64,000 nt of DNA from the NCBI RefSeq assembly GCF_006345805.1, contig NC_043009.1, forward strand, positions 18,166,001 through 18,230,000, read 5' to 3'. Below are positions 13,630 through 27,001 of the stretch, piece after piece (the first letter of the stretch is position 1; the number at the start of each line of letters is the position of its first letter). The notes beneath the pieces were generated by a model. The model had not been told where the DNA came from and made no database searches. It saw only the letters and a program-made list of their open reading frames with translations. Both the position numbers and the translations under genes were made by a program. Source of the stretch: Octopus sinensis. Taxonomy: Eukaryota.

Positions 13630-13892
13630 ATGGCTGGAAATGAAATAAAAAAACCTAGAAAACCGAAACGTGAACTCGCTTCAACAGGCGTTACTCCGTC
13701 ATCACTGGATCCGTCATCACTGGATCCGAAATCACTTTTGAAGTCAAAAGATAAAGAAAAATTAAGAAAAAACTTAAATGACACAAGATGCAGCAACAAC
13801 AATCATGCACGCCATCAGATCTTCCTTGCCATCTTTGTTCTTGTTAATTTTTATGATTGCCCTTCACAGCTATTAACATTATCAATATGCAG
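13630..13892 (+). CDS. Candidate coding exon, unidentified Lys/Ser-rich product
   Basis: aaaATGG start context, non-repetitive open frame MAGNEIKKPRKPKRE..., in-frame 15-bp duplication (PSSLD x2), possible donor CAG|gtact. No homolog recognised. Confidence 0.25.
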
Positions 13893-13998
13893 GTACTATA
13901 TAATCAGGGGGAAACTGAAATTCTCGGATGCGAAGAGCACCCACCACCGTCACCGGCGATGTAAATGTGGAGAGATGTACGAGAGAGAGAGAGGGAGG

Positions 13999-14075
<77 letters not shown>

Positions 14076-14199
14076 AAGTGTGTGTGTACACGCACGTATA
14101 GTTCAAATTTGGAAGCAGAAATTGGCAGAAATGGTACTTTAAGAACTATTTGGTTGAAACAATAATCACTAGAAGGATTCAGCAAAATAAGTTGCATCT

Positions 14200-14744
14200 A
14201 TTTAGCAAGGAAACAGTGTTTTTTGGTAAGCTGAAAACAGTTTTGGCACAAACTTATATCCAAATCTTTAGTGATAATGGACTGAAGTGAACCGTAACTA
14301 ATCTGCACATCCTCTAATAACTCACGGATAGTGATTCGATGATTACCTCTCACAGTTGCTCGTACATCTGCGATGTTTTTCTCAGTTCTGCTGGTTGCGG
14401 GTCTCCCAGAACGTTCGTCAATATCGACATTTTTTCGACCATCTTGGAAAGGTCGGAACCACTCGTACACTTGTGTGCGGCTCATACACTCCTCTCCATG
14501 CACTTTCTGCAACTTCGCGTAGACCTCTGAGCAGGTATCGCCACAACTTTCTCTGTCATGGTCAATGCAACGATCACACGCTACACACCTTCCCTCCAAG
14601 CACTGCTGTAAACAGCGGAAGTGATCTAGAACGTTAAAACTTAGTGCTCAGATTTCAAGGTCAATCTGTGCCAACCGGCTGTTCTCAGCGTGCTTTAGCA
14701 TCGTTACTATGGTAGCAGTTCGGATACTTATTGATCAGACCTCG
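14200..14744 (-). mobile_element. Mariner transposon, 5' fragment (TIR plus HTH region)
   Basis: TIR ta|cgaggtctgatcaataagtatccg. Encodes KLQKVHGEECMSRTQVYEWF...DERSGRPATS...RITIREL, the mariner DNA-binding domain. Confidence 0.9.
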
Positions 14745-14774
14745 TATTGCTCCAAAGAGATTGAACACCATAGA

Positions 14775-14915
14775 CACGAAAGGTTTCAAATTTTCACACA
14801 AGGCAGCAATTTCGGGGTAATAGGATTAAGTCGATTTATGACCCCAGTGTTCAACTGGTACTTATTTTATCGATCCCGAGAGGATGAAAGGTAAAGTTGA
14901 CCCCGGCGGCATTTA
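14775..14915 (-). mobile_element. SINE family A fragment
   Basis: gtcaactttacctttcatcctctcgggatcgataaaataagtaccagttg...ggggtc core on minus. Confidence 0.8.
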
Positions 14916-14952
14916 CCACACGCTTACATTAAAAGCGAAATTGCATGCTTAC

Positions 14953-14983
<31 letters not shown>

Positions 14984-15385
14984 ATTCCCATGCGCGCGCG
15001 TGAACACCAAAAACGAAAAATGTTTTTACCTTACGATCCCTAATCACTGTTAGAGATAATCGGGGATCGAACTAATTATACATAGCATTGCCAGGAATGA
15101 GAGCACTAGCAAATAAAGAAAAAAGAGAATATCTTAAATATGCTAATGACGATAATGATCAGCGAAATACTTATACTGAAATAAGTATTTCCTGAAGCTA
15201 TACGTTTCCATATGAAGGAATAAAGATCCGTGTAGCCGTGGGTATTGTTGCTAAGATATTTATCGGCGAGTCCAGACTTTAAAATGTTTTCTGTGTGATA
15301 CGCATGACGTTCTCTTCTGTCCTCATTTAAAATACCTTCTGTTCACGTGAAGCCCACGCTCTGTTGCTATTACACACACACAGAA

Positions 15386-15615
15386 GGTGGCGAGCTGGCA
15401 GAATCGTCAGCACGTTGGACGAAATGCTTAGCGGTATTTCGTCTGCCGCTGCGTTCTGAGTTCAAATTCCGCCGAGGTCGACTTTGCCTTTCATCCTTTC
15501 GGGGTCGATTAAATAAGTACCAGTTACGCACTGGGGTCGATATAATCGACTTAATCCGTTTGTCTGGCCTTGTTTGTCCCCTCTGTGTGTAGCCCCTTGT
15601 GGGTAGTAAAGAAAT
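15386..15615 (+). mobile_element. tRNA-derived SINE family A, full length
   Basis: ggtggcgagctggcagaatcg...gagttcaaattccgccgaggtcgactttgcc...cccttgtgggtagtaaagaaat. Confidence 0.9.
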
Positions 15616-16237
15616 GGGTACTACACACACACACACACACTCACTCACTCTCTCTCTCTCTCTCTTATACAATTTCGCTCTCTCTACCTTTATATCTGCT
15701 AACTCTCCTGCATTCACTTTATATGTCATACTTGATGTATCTCCCGCTCCCTCATTCACAGACTTTCACTCTCTCTCTCACGCACTCTCTTTCTTTCTGA
15801 CTCTCTTTCTCTCTCTCTCTCTCTTCCTCCCACTCATGTTCTTTTAGTGTCACTGTCAACGACCTGTCACGATCAAAACTCAACACAAACGAGCAAATAG
15901 TTTTATGATGGTCATTGATGGTGAGGAACATGATGATGATGATGATGATATCATTTTACCACGAAAGCCCATTCATTTATACAACAATTGTAGTACAAAA
16001 GGCATTACAAAACTGTGCATGGAAAATAAACACGAAAAACAATATACAATGGGTGCGACAGAATAAATCCCAATATTTTAGATGCTCATTACTGTGGCAC
16101 TAGTAACATTACATAATGGTATTAATGGTGTCTTCGTGTAGCTAACGTTTTATCCCTTTCTTAGTTATCATCATCGTTTAGAGAGGGGCTTTACTCTATA
16201 TTTGCTGGTTTATTAAAAATGTACACTGTACAATATT

Positions 16238-16380
16238 TGGTTTCAAATTTTGGCGCAAAGCCAGCTATTTCGGTGGTAAAGAGTAAGTCGATTACACTGA
16301 CCCCAGTGTTTGGCTGATACTTTTTATCAACTCCAAAAGAATGAAAGCAAAGTCGACCCCGGTAGCATTCAAACTCAGAA
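16238..16380 (-). mobile_element. SINE family A fragment, decayed
   Basis: Similar to the family A core and 3' end. Confidence 0.7.
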
Positions 16381-16774
16381 CTAAAGAGAGATGGATCACA
16401 GATTTTTTAATTATCTTTTTTTAACTTTTGTTTTTATCTTTTATTTTTATTTATTCATTTTTGTTTTTAACTAGACTGGTTGAAACTTCGTATACTGGTG
16501 TAATTTAATTTCTCACGCAGAACACGGTTTACTTTGAACTTTTTCAACAAAATTTCGTATTTTAGAAGTTATCATATTTGGGTAAGTTTAACCAATCAAC
16601 GACGTGTAATCAGATGAAGAAAGCTACTGCTGTTTGTGATAGTAATCGAAGAGGAACAACTTCTGGGTCATATCTACTAAATATCACCACTCCGTTCTAT
16701 TTTATTTTTTGCTTACTGCCTGTGTTGCATATTACACGCTTTTTATTTGTTTGTTTTATGCGTCGGAGTAACCA

Positions 16775-16819
16775 GTAAACATCGAAGAATCAATTTGGTA
16801 TTGATTCTTCGATGTTTAC
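16775..16819. other. Perfect 20-bp hairpin with a 5-nt loop
   Basis: gtaaacatcgaagaatcaat-ttggt-attgattcttcgatgtttac. Confidence 0.9.
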
Positions 16820-17882
16820 CGGAAATTTTATTTATATATATTTATTCGTTTGTCCGACATCGATATTTAAGCAGCAGAGCAGAATTTAGGGGAAATTTTT
16901 GGTTTTATCTACACATAAAGCGCACCGGTGTTTGAAAGTCCTATAGAGCAATGGGTCCGCAGCTAGCTTTTTTGTTGTTGACATATATGTAGTTTCAAAA
17001 TGCTTTAATTTACATTGTTATTGTTACGATCCTATAGGTACACTTATCCTATACATACTTATGTATGGACAAAAATGATGGTATTTGCAACGAATAACAT
17101 ATATTCAGGCTATATACTCGTATGCTCTCCGCATCAGATTAATAGGCCTCCATGGATTTGCTTTGTTAGTTCTTATTCCAGCATTTAGATTACCCAATTG
17201 AACACTAGATGAGATGCAAGCTATTAATGCACAAAGTTGGAAACTATTTTCCGGTGTATAAACCGCTATTTTGTACATGGACAATTTAGTGTGCGGCTTA
17301 TAGAAAAGTGCGCCTAATATGTGTACTTTTTTATAAGTTTCAGGAGGAAAATAATTTGTGTACGGAAATCGACTGATTCCATTGCCTTTTCCAGAAGAAA
17401 GATCGGTTGGTAGACAACGTGAAAGACTACAGCCACAGTACATTGGTACCTGGAAGAAAACGAAGCATATTTGTTTTGTTTTACCTTCATGTTTTGATTA
17501 TGTTTTTTTTTTTATCTAATAAATACTTTTATATTGACGAAATGTCTTTGTTGTTTGATTGAAGTGTTCCTAGATTGGTTTGTGATTTTACCTCGTTTTA
17601 TATTCAGACAGGAACATTTAACTTGGTCAACTTCTGTTCCTGTTTCCATGAGAATGATCGTTCGTCTCATTAAATTTTAGGTTGCCAACAAAGAATTATG
17701 TGTTAAGCTGGTGTTTATGGCTTTCTATGCGTCCTTCAGCTTTCAGGTTTCTTCAACAAAAAGGATAAAGGGTTCGCAGCCATTATAAGCAGAATTGTAG
17801 GGAGATTATCTGCGTCTATACCCATAATAATCTATCTTATCAGGGACAATGCAATCAGGCTGTGTATGTTTGACTCAGTACT

Positions 17883-17935
<53 letters not shown>

Positions 17936-17960
17936 TGTGTGTGTATAGGCGTGTACGTAC

Positions 17961-18003
<43 letters not shown>

Positions 18004-18093
18004 CGGGAAGCTTTATGAAAATAAACAAAAGACGAAGGCAGGTGGAGTACAAACAAACAATTGTATGGCGCTCAGGAATATAAATAAAACAAG

Positions 18094-18131
18094 TCTTTTA
18101 CGTTTCGAGCCTACGCTCTTCAACAGAAAGA
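18094..18131 (-). ncRNA. Hammerhead variant (CUGUUGA core) in a Penelope-type tail at about 18003-18160
   Basis: TCTTT-CTGTTGA-A-GAGC(GTAG)GCTC-GAA-ACGT-A-AAAGA. The tail abuts (TA)n. Confidence 0.7.
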
Positions 18132-18559
18132 TACACAGAAAAGAAACACGGAGAGAAACAATGTTTTCTTTGAGATTTAATTTCTACGCGGACTTCAAGC
18201 CCGTGACTAAGAAAATGATAAAACTTCTTTGTTCGAATCAAGACACTTCCAAGAATTTATATACGTGTGAGAGCTAGCTCATGTGTGTATATATGTAGGT
18301 GTATATGTAGATGTACTTTTACTCATCTAATGGGTGTATAAGTCTCATTAGTACACGAATACCTGTGTGTGTGATTATTTTCTATGTATGCGGACACGCG
18401 TAAGAGCTTTTTTTTTCTGTCTGGGTGTATGTGTGTATGCTGTACGCATAGATGTAATTGTGTATATTTTCATTCCCAGAAACCCAAATGAAAAATCTTT
18501 GAAATGTTTCTCATATCTTTATATAGCACAAAAAGGCTTCTATGCAAATCTGTAGTTAC

Positions 18560-18930
18560 TTAGTCCACTATGTTTATGATGGAAGGTACAAACAAAAATC
18601 TATAGTTAGGTTACAAGAGCTGTAACACCTACTTGGTTTACCATAGGCATTCTCTATTTTCGTTTTCACAACTTTAGATGACATTTACATCCGCTGGACA
18701 GTTAATTTATTCCATGGAATAATGTCAAGTCCGTGGTGTTTGCACTGTATCGCTCCTTTTACTTGAAAATTCCACCAGTATTTCTTCTTTATAAATGTAT
18801 CGCTTCATTCTGACTCTGCCAAATATAGACAATCTGTGTTATTGATGATGTGAAAGTGCTGGTTTGTACCTCCTTGTCTTGATGGTCAAGGTTATGGATT
18901 CGTACTATCAATGTTACCACAAAGAGAACT
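18560..18930 (-). mobile_element. Decayed RLE LINE C-terminal fragment
   Basis: KKKYWWNFQVKGAIQCKHHGLDIIPW resembles the YWWNIP...CKHNRPDIVVW motif of the element at 9746-10625. Confidence 0.55.
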
Positions 18931-20160
18931 ATTAAAGGCTGCCTATCTGTTTGTGTCTTCCTGTTTTTCTTTGGCCCTTTGTATGTCTGTCTTTCTGTCT
19001 GTCTGTCAGTAGAACGCATTGTGACAGAAAAACGAGACAAACACAGTAAGGCAAGAATATCATTCTTGCCACTATCTGAAAAATTGTTTGTGAGGTCTTC
19101 GTTGTACATTCCCACGTAGTCTGAATAAGTACCAATAATAAATTGTGAGTACTTAATAAGAAATTATTATTACAAATATTAATGATTATGATGACCACTG
19201 TCGTTTATAATACGGATTATCATTATAGTATGAACGATTTATATTTTCACTATTTTGTTTAAAATTTAGATATATTTGCTGTCATTATCCGTATCCCAGA
19301 TTAAACTTCACAAAGATGTAGAACAAGGAAATCAAATGTATAAGAAGATTTGAAAGAGTTGAAAATAACGAGAATACATTAGTTGATGGCAGTGGCGTCG
19401 TTAATTAGGCAAGATGAAGAAGAGAAACTGTTACCAGATGCAAAATGACACGGTGGCATGTGATGAAATATTTTGAATCATGAGCACGCACAGATATATT
19501 TGTGTGTGAGTGTTTGTGTGTGTGTGTGGGGGGTGTTGATATTTATTCCTGGTAGTCTATCTTTTTGGAACCATTTTAATGTCTATGCACATCCAAGAAC
19601 TTACATATTTACAAACGAAGATACACACATCAGACATACATGTGGATGTGTTTCTGCATCTCTCTCATTTATACACCCACGTGTGAGTAAATACATACAT
19701 ACATATATGTATATTGATAAATAAATAAATAAATAAATAGAAATTTGTGTATGTATAAATTCAGTCATCTAAATATATTTTTTCCTTTTTCCTTGAGGTC
19801 AAACATTTACGACCCACTCACCACCCCCTTCATACACACCCATCACTTCCTACTCACCTCCTCTTCTCCAATCTCTTTCTTTCTCCCCACTTCTCTCTCT
19901 CTCTCTCTCTCTCCCTCAAGCGTTAGCACTTCCCTCGTCATTCTTCTCTTTCCGTTACTTACCCTCCAGCGCCACCACCCGTTGAACGAATAGTGTCGTC
20001 TCCGTGAGAAACCTGTGTGGATACATTTTCATACTGATAAACGGTTATATATGGAAGTAGATACTCTGCTTTCCGTGCAGATTGAGAGATTGGGGCTTGA
20101 TACACACACACACGCGCACACGCGCACGCACGCACACACACACACACACACGCACGCACG

Positions 20161-20219
<59 letters not shown>

Positions 20220-20294
20220 CAAACTAAATTCTGAAATATTTATCAAATTCCAGCTTGACGTGTCAAATTCGAAGCTTGGCATAAATATTTATGA

Positions 20295-20325
<31 letters not shown>

Positions 20326-21374
20326 TCTACACACATGTGCATCAACAGCCAATGCATATACTGACGTCGAAATAAACACATGCATGAAATCACTTTACGT
20401 ATTACAACACTTTCCTCCTCACTAATCTATAGTCTACATTTTCTATTTGTTTATTACTTTTGGTCGTGTTTATTTCATATGCCTTTTATTTAATTATTTT
20501 ATATTTTCTTTCCTTCATCGGACGTTCAGAAAGTCTCAGCCTCCTTACCAACGACCACTGCTTCTCCAGTTTACACTATATTTATCAATACTTTAACACT
20601 CGGCTTACTGCTATCTTAAATGTATAAAGACCTACGAATTTTTATCGCACAATCTTCTCACTTTTCCCTTTATCTGTAATCTTTTTTTTCATTTGAATAT
20701 TTTTTTCAGCTGTAAGAAGAAAAAAGCCCAAATGTTTAAGCAATGGCCCGGAACTTATAAAATAAACAGAACGAAAAACGCCGGAAAAACAGCTGGATAT
20801 AAAGAAATATGGAAGGTTTACAAGAATTGGTTTGCTGTATTTTATTTCTATGTCTTTTAAGGAAAGAGAACCAATATTAGGAAAGAGAACCATATTAGGA
20901 AAGAGAACCAACATTACTAGGGTCCTAATTTCTCAGGCCACATACTTGTTGATGGTATATTATATAAGCTGATATTGACCTCAGTTTCATACCAAGTCCG
21001 CTAAGTTAAAAAAACCTTCAGGCCAAGTCTCCAGTCTGAGTATTACTTTTCCATTTGCTCCCACTAGCCCCAGGACCTTAAAGAAACGCACATAAGCGCT
21101 TCGCTTGCTTCTCTAACGAAAACATAAAGAATAATTAACATTAGTGGAAATGTAATGATGTTTATAAGGATAAAATTTAGAAATGTTAGAACAATCGAAG
21201 TCCATGTCGACTTCTTAAGAGAAGATGTTACTTTGATTAACGTTTCATTATAAGACATTCATCAAACAAATGAAACGAGTTGTGGAAAGTACTACACCCC
21301 ACACACACACTCACATTGATTTATATTGAAGACACAACTGTCTAGTATTTTTTTTTATTATTATTATAAATAAG

Positions 21375-21555
21375 CGCGGGCAGCTGGGCAAAAGGCTGAG
21401 CAACATTTAGTCAGTTCTTACGTTCTGGCTTCAAATTCCACTGAGGTCGATTTGTCTTCCATCTGTTTCAGGGTACCAGTTGAACATTGCGGTCAATGTA
21501 ATCGACTTATCCTTCCCTTGAAATAGCTGGCCATGCGCCAAAATTTGAAGCTAAT
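21375..21555 (+). mobile_element. SINE family A, decayed
   Basis: cagctgggcaaaag...ttcaaattccactgaggtcga...gtaccagttgaacattgcggtcaatgtaatcgactt. Confidence 0.7.
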
Positions 21556-21977
21556 ATTTTTACAAATGAATTTTCCTATTTCTTCATCGTTCTTTAATGT
21601 TTAACTTTCCAACGAAAACATTTCAAAGTTCATTAAAGTTTCATCACTCTCGTGGTCATATATTTTGAATGCTGCCGGAGACGTGTTATTGCAGCGTCTT
21701 GTTATATGCAGACCGCAAAAAGCATGGGTATAATTTAACAGTTAATTCCAGGTTATTTTCATCCCTTATTTAAAGTTTTCTGTATTTTTGAATTGAGGTT
21801 TCGTTTGAATTTTTCTCGTAATAAACCTTCCATTGTTAATCTTTTAGTTTTCATTAAATCCTATATAGGATTTCATTATCACTAGTGTTGCAATGGCTGT
21901 ATTTGTAAATGCACGCTTACTCAGCAAGAAAGTGTTGTACTTTCTTTAAAAAATCGAGTTCTTGAAATAATATACCT

Positions 21978-22202
21978 ATTTCTTTACTACCCACAAGGGG
22001 CTAAACATAGAGTGGACAAACAAGGACAGACAAAGGGATTAAGCTGATTATATTGACCCCAGTGCACAACTGGTACTTATTTAATCGAAAGGATGAAAGG
22101 CAAAGTCGACCTCGGCGGAATTTGATCTCAGAACGTAGCGGCAGACGAAATACCTCTAAGCATTTCGCCCGGCGTGCTAACGTTTCTGCCAGCTCGCCGC
22201 CA
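21978..22202 (-). mobile_element. SINE family A, full length with a 15-bp target-site duplication
   Basis: TSD tgaaataatatacct at 21963-21977 and 22203-22217. Confidence 0.93.
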
Positions 22203-22414
22203 TGAAATAATATACCTGTTCTTGGGTGTAGGTTCTCGTTCTATTTCAAAGGGAATTCCGAGAACTTTCTTGGAATGAATAAAATCATTTTACTCTTAGA
22301 ATGAAATAAAACTAACTCTTGGAGAGATTTATTGCAACCTATCCTAAAACGAAATAATACAATCAGATTTGGGATTAAGATATAATTCGTCTTCCAAATA
22401 AAGCATACGAACGA

Positions 22415-22693
22415 GGCGTAGCTATGTGGTCAGAAGCTAGCTTCCCAACCGCATGGTTCCGGGTTCAGTCCCACTGTGTGACACCTTGGGCAAGTGATTT
22501 TTACCATAGATCAGTTCGACCAAAGTTTTGTGAGTCGATTTGGTAAAAGGAAACTGAAAAAAACCCGCTGTATACACACACACACATACACGTGTCTCAG
22601 TGTGTATATGTATGTATATGTGTGTGCATGTGTTTGACCCCATCAACACTTGTCAACCGTTGTTGGTGTGTTTACATCCCCGTAACTTAGCGG
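22415..22693 (+). mobile_element. SINE family B, 3'-truncated
   Basis: ggcgtagctatgtggtcagaagctagc...ggttccgggttcagtccc...ccccgtaacttagcgg. Confidence 0.85.
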
Positions 22694-23451
22694 TGTGTGT
22701 GTGTAAAACAAGTAAAAGATAAGTCTTTACAATAAAAGATATGAATGTGATTATAACGTGAAAATAGGTTTTCTCTTGGAACGAAAGAATAGAATATCTG
22801 CCTTGTATAAACATGTTCATGATTTTAAAAACTGATTACTAACGTTATTGTGTGTTTGAAGGGTCATCTTTATTCTTCAAAATTTGGTTAATTTTAAAGG
22901 AATTGCATGCGAAGTGAATTTTAAAGAAACTACGAGATTACGAGAGTAGCAGCCGCTGAAAGTTAGAGACGCTAAATGGTTTAATGCATATCAAAAACAC
23001 TGATGAGATCATTAACATTTGCCTACATCTACACATATACACTCATAGCCGCACACACAACTTCCCTCCACACACACACATACGCACGCTCGCACGCACG
23101 CACACACATAGACACGCACATATGTACGCGCACACATACACACACACATAATTAGTTGATTCCAGTATTTTAAAAAATTATTTCCGGTTTTAATTTCTGA
23201 GAGCTGTATGTGGTGCTGCAAATAAAGATTTCTATCATAATTTCTACGCATAAACATGTGTGTCTGTGTACTTGTAGTGAGTTTTCTTTTTTTCAGTCAA
23301 TGTTCACTGTTTTCTCTGTTTGTCATTTTTCATCTGCACACACAAGTGCGTCAGCAAATGCACACATGCAGAATATGTACATGAGTGTAAGCATAATAAT
23401 TCTGATTCGTATATTACAACTGAAAAGGGGAACTGCAATGTTGGTATCGGC

Positions 23452-23750
23452 CAGTGGTTCCCAAACTTTTTGGGGCTGCTGCCCTCCCCCCCCCCCCGCG
23501 CCCCCTTGACACCCAGGCCCCATTCCTTGCTCCCCACTTCCACTCACCACCACAAACACAGACCATTTTTCTGCAGCAAATTCAAAACGACTGCATTTCA
23601 CAAATAAAAGTTAACCAAATTAACCTAATTAATCTTGTGTTTTTCATCACCTTTTGGCCTCACTATTATCGTCCCCACTTGTCTTCAGTGCTCCTTTGGA
23701 TCTTTCCACCGCTCTCAAACGGGTAGGGCAGCCCATTTTGGGAACCGCTG
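23452..23750. mobile_element. hAT-type MITE
   Basis: TIRs cagtggttcccaaa / tttgggaaccgctg (13 of 14 match), with further imperfect inner symmetry. No clean 8-bp TSD. Confidence 0.7.
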
Positions 23751-25933
23751 GTAATGAAAGGAAAACGTAAAGAAGGAAGCCAATGAAGTGAGTGCGTTTC
23801 ACCTCTCAAAATGTCTGCTGCTGTGATATCATCGACTGCTGCTGCTGCTGCTGCGCTGACGGGAACGTATTGAATGTCGGAGACATTCTCGAATATGACA
23901 GCTTCATTCCGAAATGGGCTTGTAGAAATTTGTATTTAAAACAAGCTATTTTTAGGATGTGACACCGATTTTCGTTAACTGGAGGCGACGAATCAATTTG
24001 TCTCTGGTTATCTAACACATACACTTCATATGGGTTGCGTATGTGTATGCGTTTGCATGTATAGCACAAGCACACATACACTTGCAGAGACATCTTTCCA
24101 TGCCAGATGATTGGGAAATTTGGTGGGAAGACATAGTTAATTGAATCGACCTCAGTACATTACTGCTATTTATTTTTTTTTTATCAAGCTGCAGTAGAAG
24201 GCAGAGGGACGTAAATAAAGACCACCTCAAAGTATTCAGTGACACACTTCACAGTTTCAGCCTCTTTAGTTCTCTTTATAAGTATTTCTTATAATTACAT
24301 AATAATTAGCTTTGGTAATTAAATGTTATTATAAACATGACATGATGTCATAAGTGACAACGCACCCTTCTATTAGGGCAAAAAGTAAGTTATTGTGTGT
24401 CGAATATCGGATTTGGTTCATGCGCTACCTAAGGCTCGCAGGCCGCATGCAGAATTTTCTGAATAGCACACTTAACGAAAGATGACCTTGAAACTTTTTA
24501 GTAGTATGGCCCGCTTAATGATGAGTCATGTCTCATGCGGCCCAACTCTCGGAAAAGGTTGCTCATGCCTGGTTTAGAAGTTCTTTTGAAACCAATGCCT
24601 AACATATATTAAATGTTGTGAAGAGCAGATATTTTGATGATTATTATATTTTTGCAATGGAAAGTCTCAGTCTCGGAATTAAAATCCAGAACTCTTAGGG
24701 ACAGATCTAAATCCGTCAAGTAATAGCCCACTTCCTTCCTGTAAGTTTTCTTTCCTCTAATAATAATCATCGCTAAAAATAAAATAAACAATGTACTTCT
24801 AAAAAATTAATTAAAAACCATTGATAAAATTCAAGCAAATGAAATATGTAGCAAGTGCAGGGTCAATTCTTGGTTGAACTTAATTCTCTCCTTTTACTCT
24901 GCTAATGCCGAGAAGAAATGTTAGCATGTCAGATAATCTCTTTCCCTTTATGATGACAATAATGATGTTGAATAACGTTGGTTAAATACAGGATCAAGAT
25001 GGGTAAAAGTAATCGATTGCATGTACAAAATTAATTGTTCAATCTCAGGTCGATTTCCTTGAAATTTCTACACAGAGATGAGAGGGACAAGACTAAATAC
25101 AGTAATGTGTTTAGTCCGTCAATTTTCATATTGTTACAAAAATCAGAGACAATGAACTAACCCATCACAAGACAACAAATACAAGTTTATATATATTTCA
25201 TGGTTTCATTTAGATACAGAGGTGACATACATGATAGCATTACTCCAGTCAATCCTTGGCTGTGATTGTTAAAACAAGGTAAATGAACATGGAAGACAAC
25301 CAACACTGACTTTTTTTTTTCTTTCAAACATTATCATGTATATTACAAGTGCCGGTCGATCATCTGATATAAATAAACTATGCTTTAGCTAAGTTACAAA
25401 ATCATTACAAGTTGTAATGAAGACAGCAAAATGTTGTACTTAACTGTTAATGGAAAACTAAGGCAAACTAGACAGATAATGTAAAAGTAGGCTATTATGT
25501 AAAACAACCCAACCTAAGTGTATGACTGTGTATATTTGTGTATGTATCATTAGTTGTGTAAACTTACATGCACATAATTTCTGTCAGCCTCAGTCAATAT
25601 TCTCTTAATTTTCACACACACTCACAGTCACAAACATAAGATTAAACAGACTCTCACTATTTTCTATCCGCAATCGAAAGGGTTTGATTTTATGGCAGCT
25701 ATTGTCGTTCGATACACGACCCAGCTGTGGCAACATGTTTTTATTTCTAATATGTTGTTTATGGAATTAGATTCTTCAATATGTTTTATCTTTTTTATAT
25801 GGCCGCAGGAATAGCTTGAAGGAAATTTAGCTAGTATTTCTAACTAACCGTACGGCCGGACTATGGAGTCAGTTCCATCAAGTTGCACATACTACATTAA
25901 AATTGCAACTGAAACACAATATACAGAGTAACA

Positions 25934-25993
<60 letters not shown>

Positions 25994-26034
25994 GATGTTG
26001 TTACTCTGCATACAGTTCGATTATGCGATTTGAC

Positions 26035-26066
<32 letters not shown>

Positions 26067-26069
26067 TAA

Positions 26070-26815
26070 CTTAGATAACTGAGATTGGTTACGGCCATTA
26101 TCAGCCCAGTCTCTGTAGTTAATCATTTCGGGACACCATGGACAACTCAAGCAAAGTGTTGTTGGCTGAGACGTATCCAGGTGTAGGTGTTTATCCGGTA
26201 TTTCCCGGAAGAATTTGTCCAGGTACCGTTTGAAAGTTGTGGGATCTTCTACTTGAATTTTTTTCGGGATAATATTGAACAGGACTATTTGCAGTGAAGA
26301 AACTGTGTCGCAATGTTCTTATGTAATGTAATCTCGACCTTTGTAGGGGACGCATTGCACGGGGGCCTAGTCTTGGGTGAGTTGTAAACGTAATACTGAT
26401 ACCATTTGGATAATATTGGTGGAATATTTTCCGCATGGTGCAAATAATGTATCGCTGACGGCGGCGTTGCAGAGAACAGAGTTTCAGCTGTTTAAGTCGA
26501 GCTTGATAATCAAGTCCGGTCATGCCATTTATTTTTTTAGTGATCTTTGTGGCGCTTCGATCCTCATTATATCATTTTTTTGTAGGGGGACCACAATGGG
26601 CAGCAGTATTCGAGGTGAGGCCTAGCGAATGTGGAGAAGAGAAGGACATGGTTTCATGATCCCTAGATGGAAAAGTTCTGAGGATCCTTGAGCACATTCT
26701 GCGGGCAACATCGACTTTTTTGTTGATGTGCACACTCCAGATAAGGTTGATGTCGACATTTACACCTAAGTCTCTGGTATTACCCGACGGTTCAAGTAGG
26801 TTTTCGGACAGTAGT
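26070..26815 (-). mobile_element. CR1-clade LINE 3' fragment
   Basis: RDLGVNVD...RPHLEYCCPLWSP...MTGLDYQARLKQLKLCSLQRRRQRY, followed by a 3' UTR. Confidence 0.88.
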
Positions 26816-27001
26816 GTATATATATATATATATATATATATAGATATATATATATATATATATATATAGCGTAGGTGTGGCTGTGTGGTAAGTAGCTTGC
26901 TTACTTCCCATGAGTCTCAGCTGTCAGTGTGCGCATGCATCATTGAAGATAGCCGGCTGTGTTTAGTCTGCCAAAAGAAGCTGCTGCAAGGTAAGACTTT
27001 T

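Noticed and set aside
17105-17449. 112-aa ORF and minus-strand acceptor-like site; similar weak exon candidates at 19.1, 23.8-23.9, 25.2 and 30.2-30.5 kb
   Set aside because: No recognisable domain, and the frames and splice sites could not be chained into a consistent gene model.
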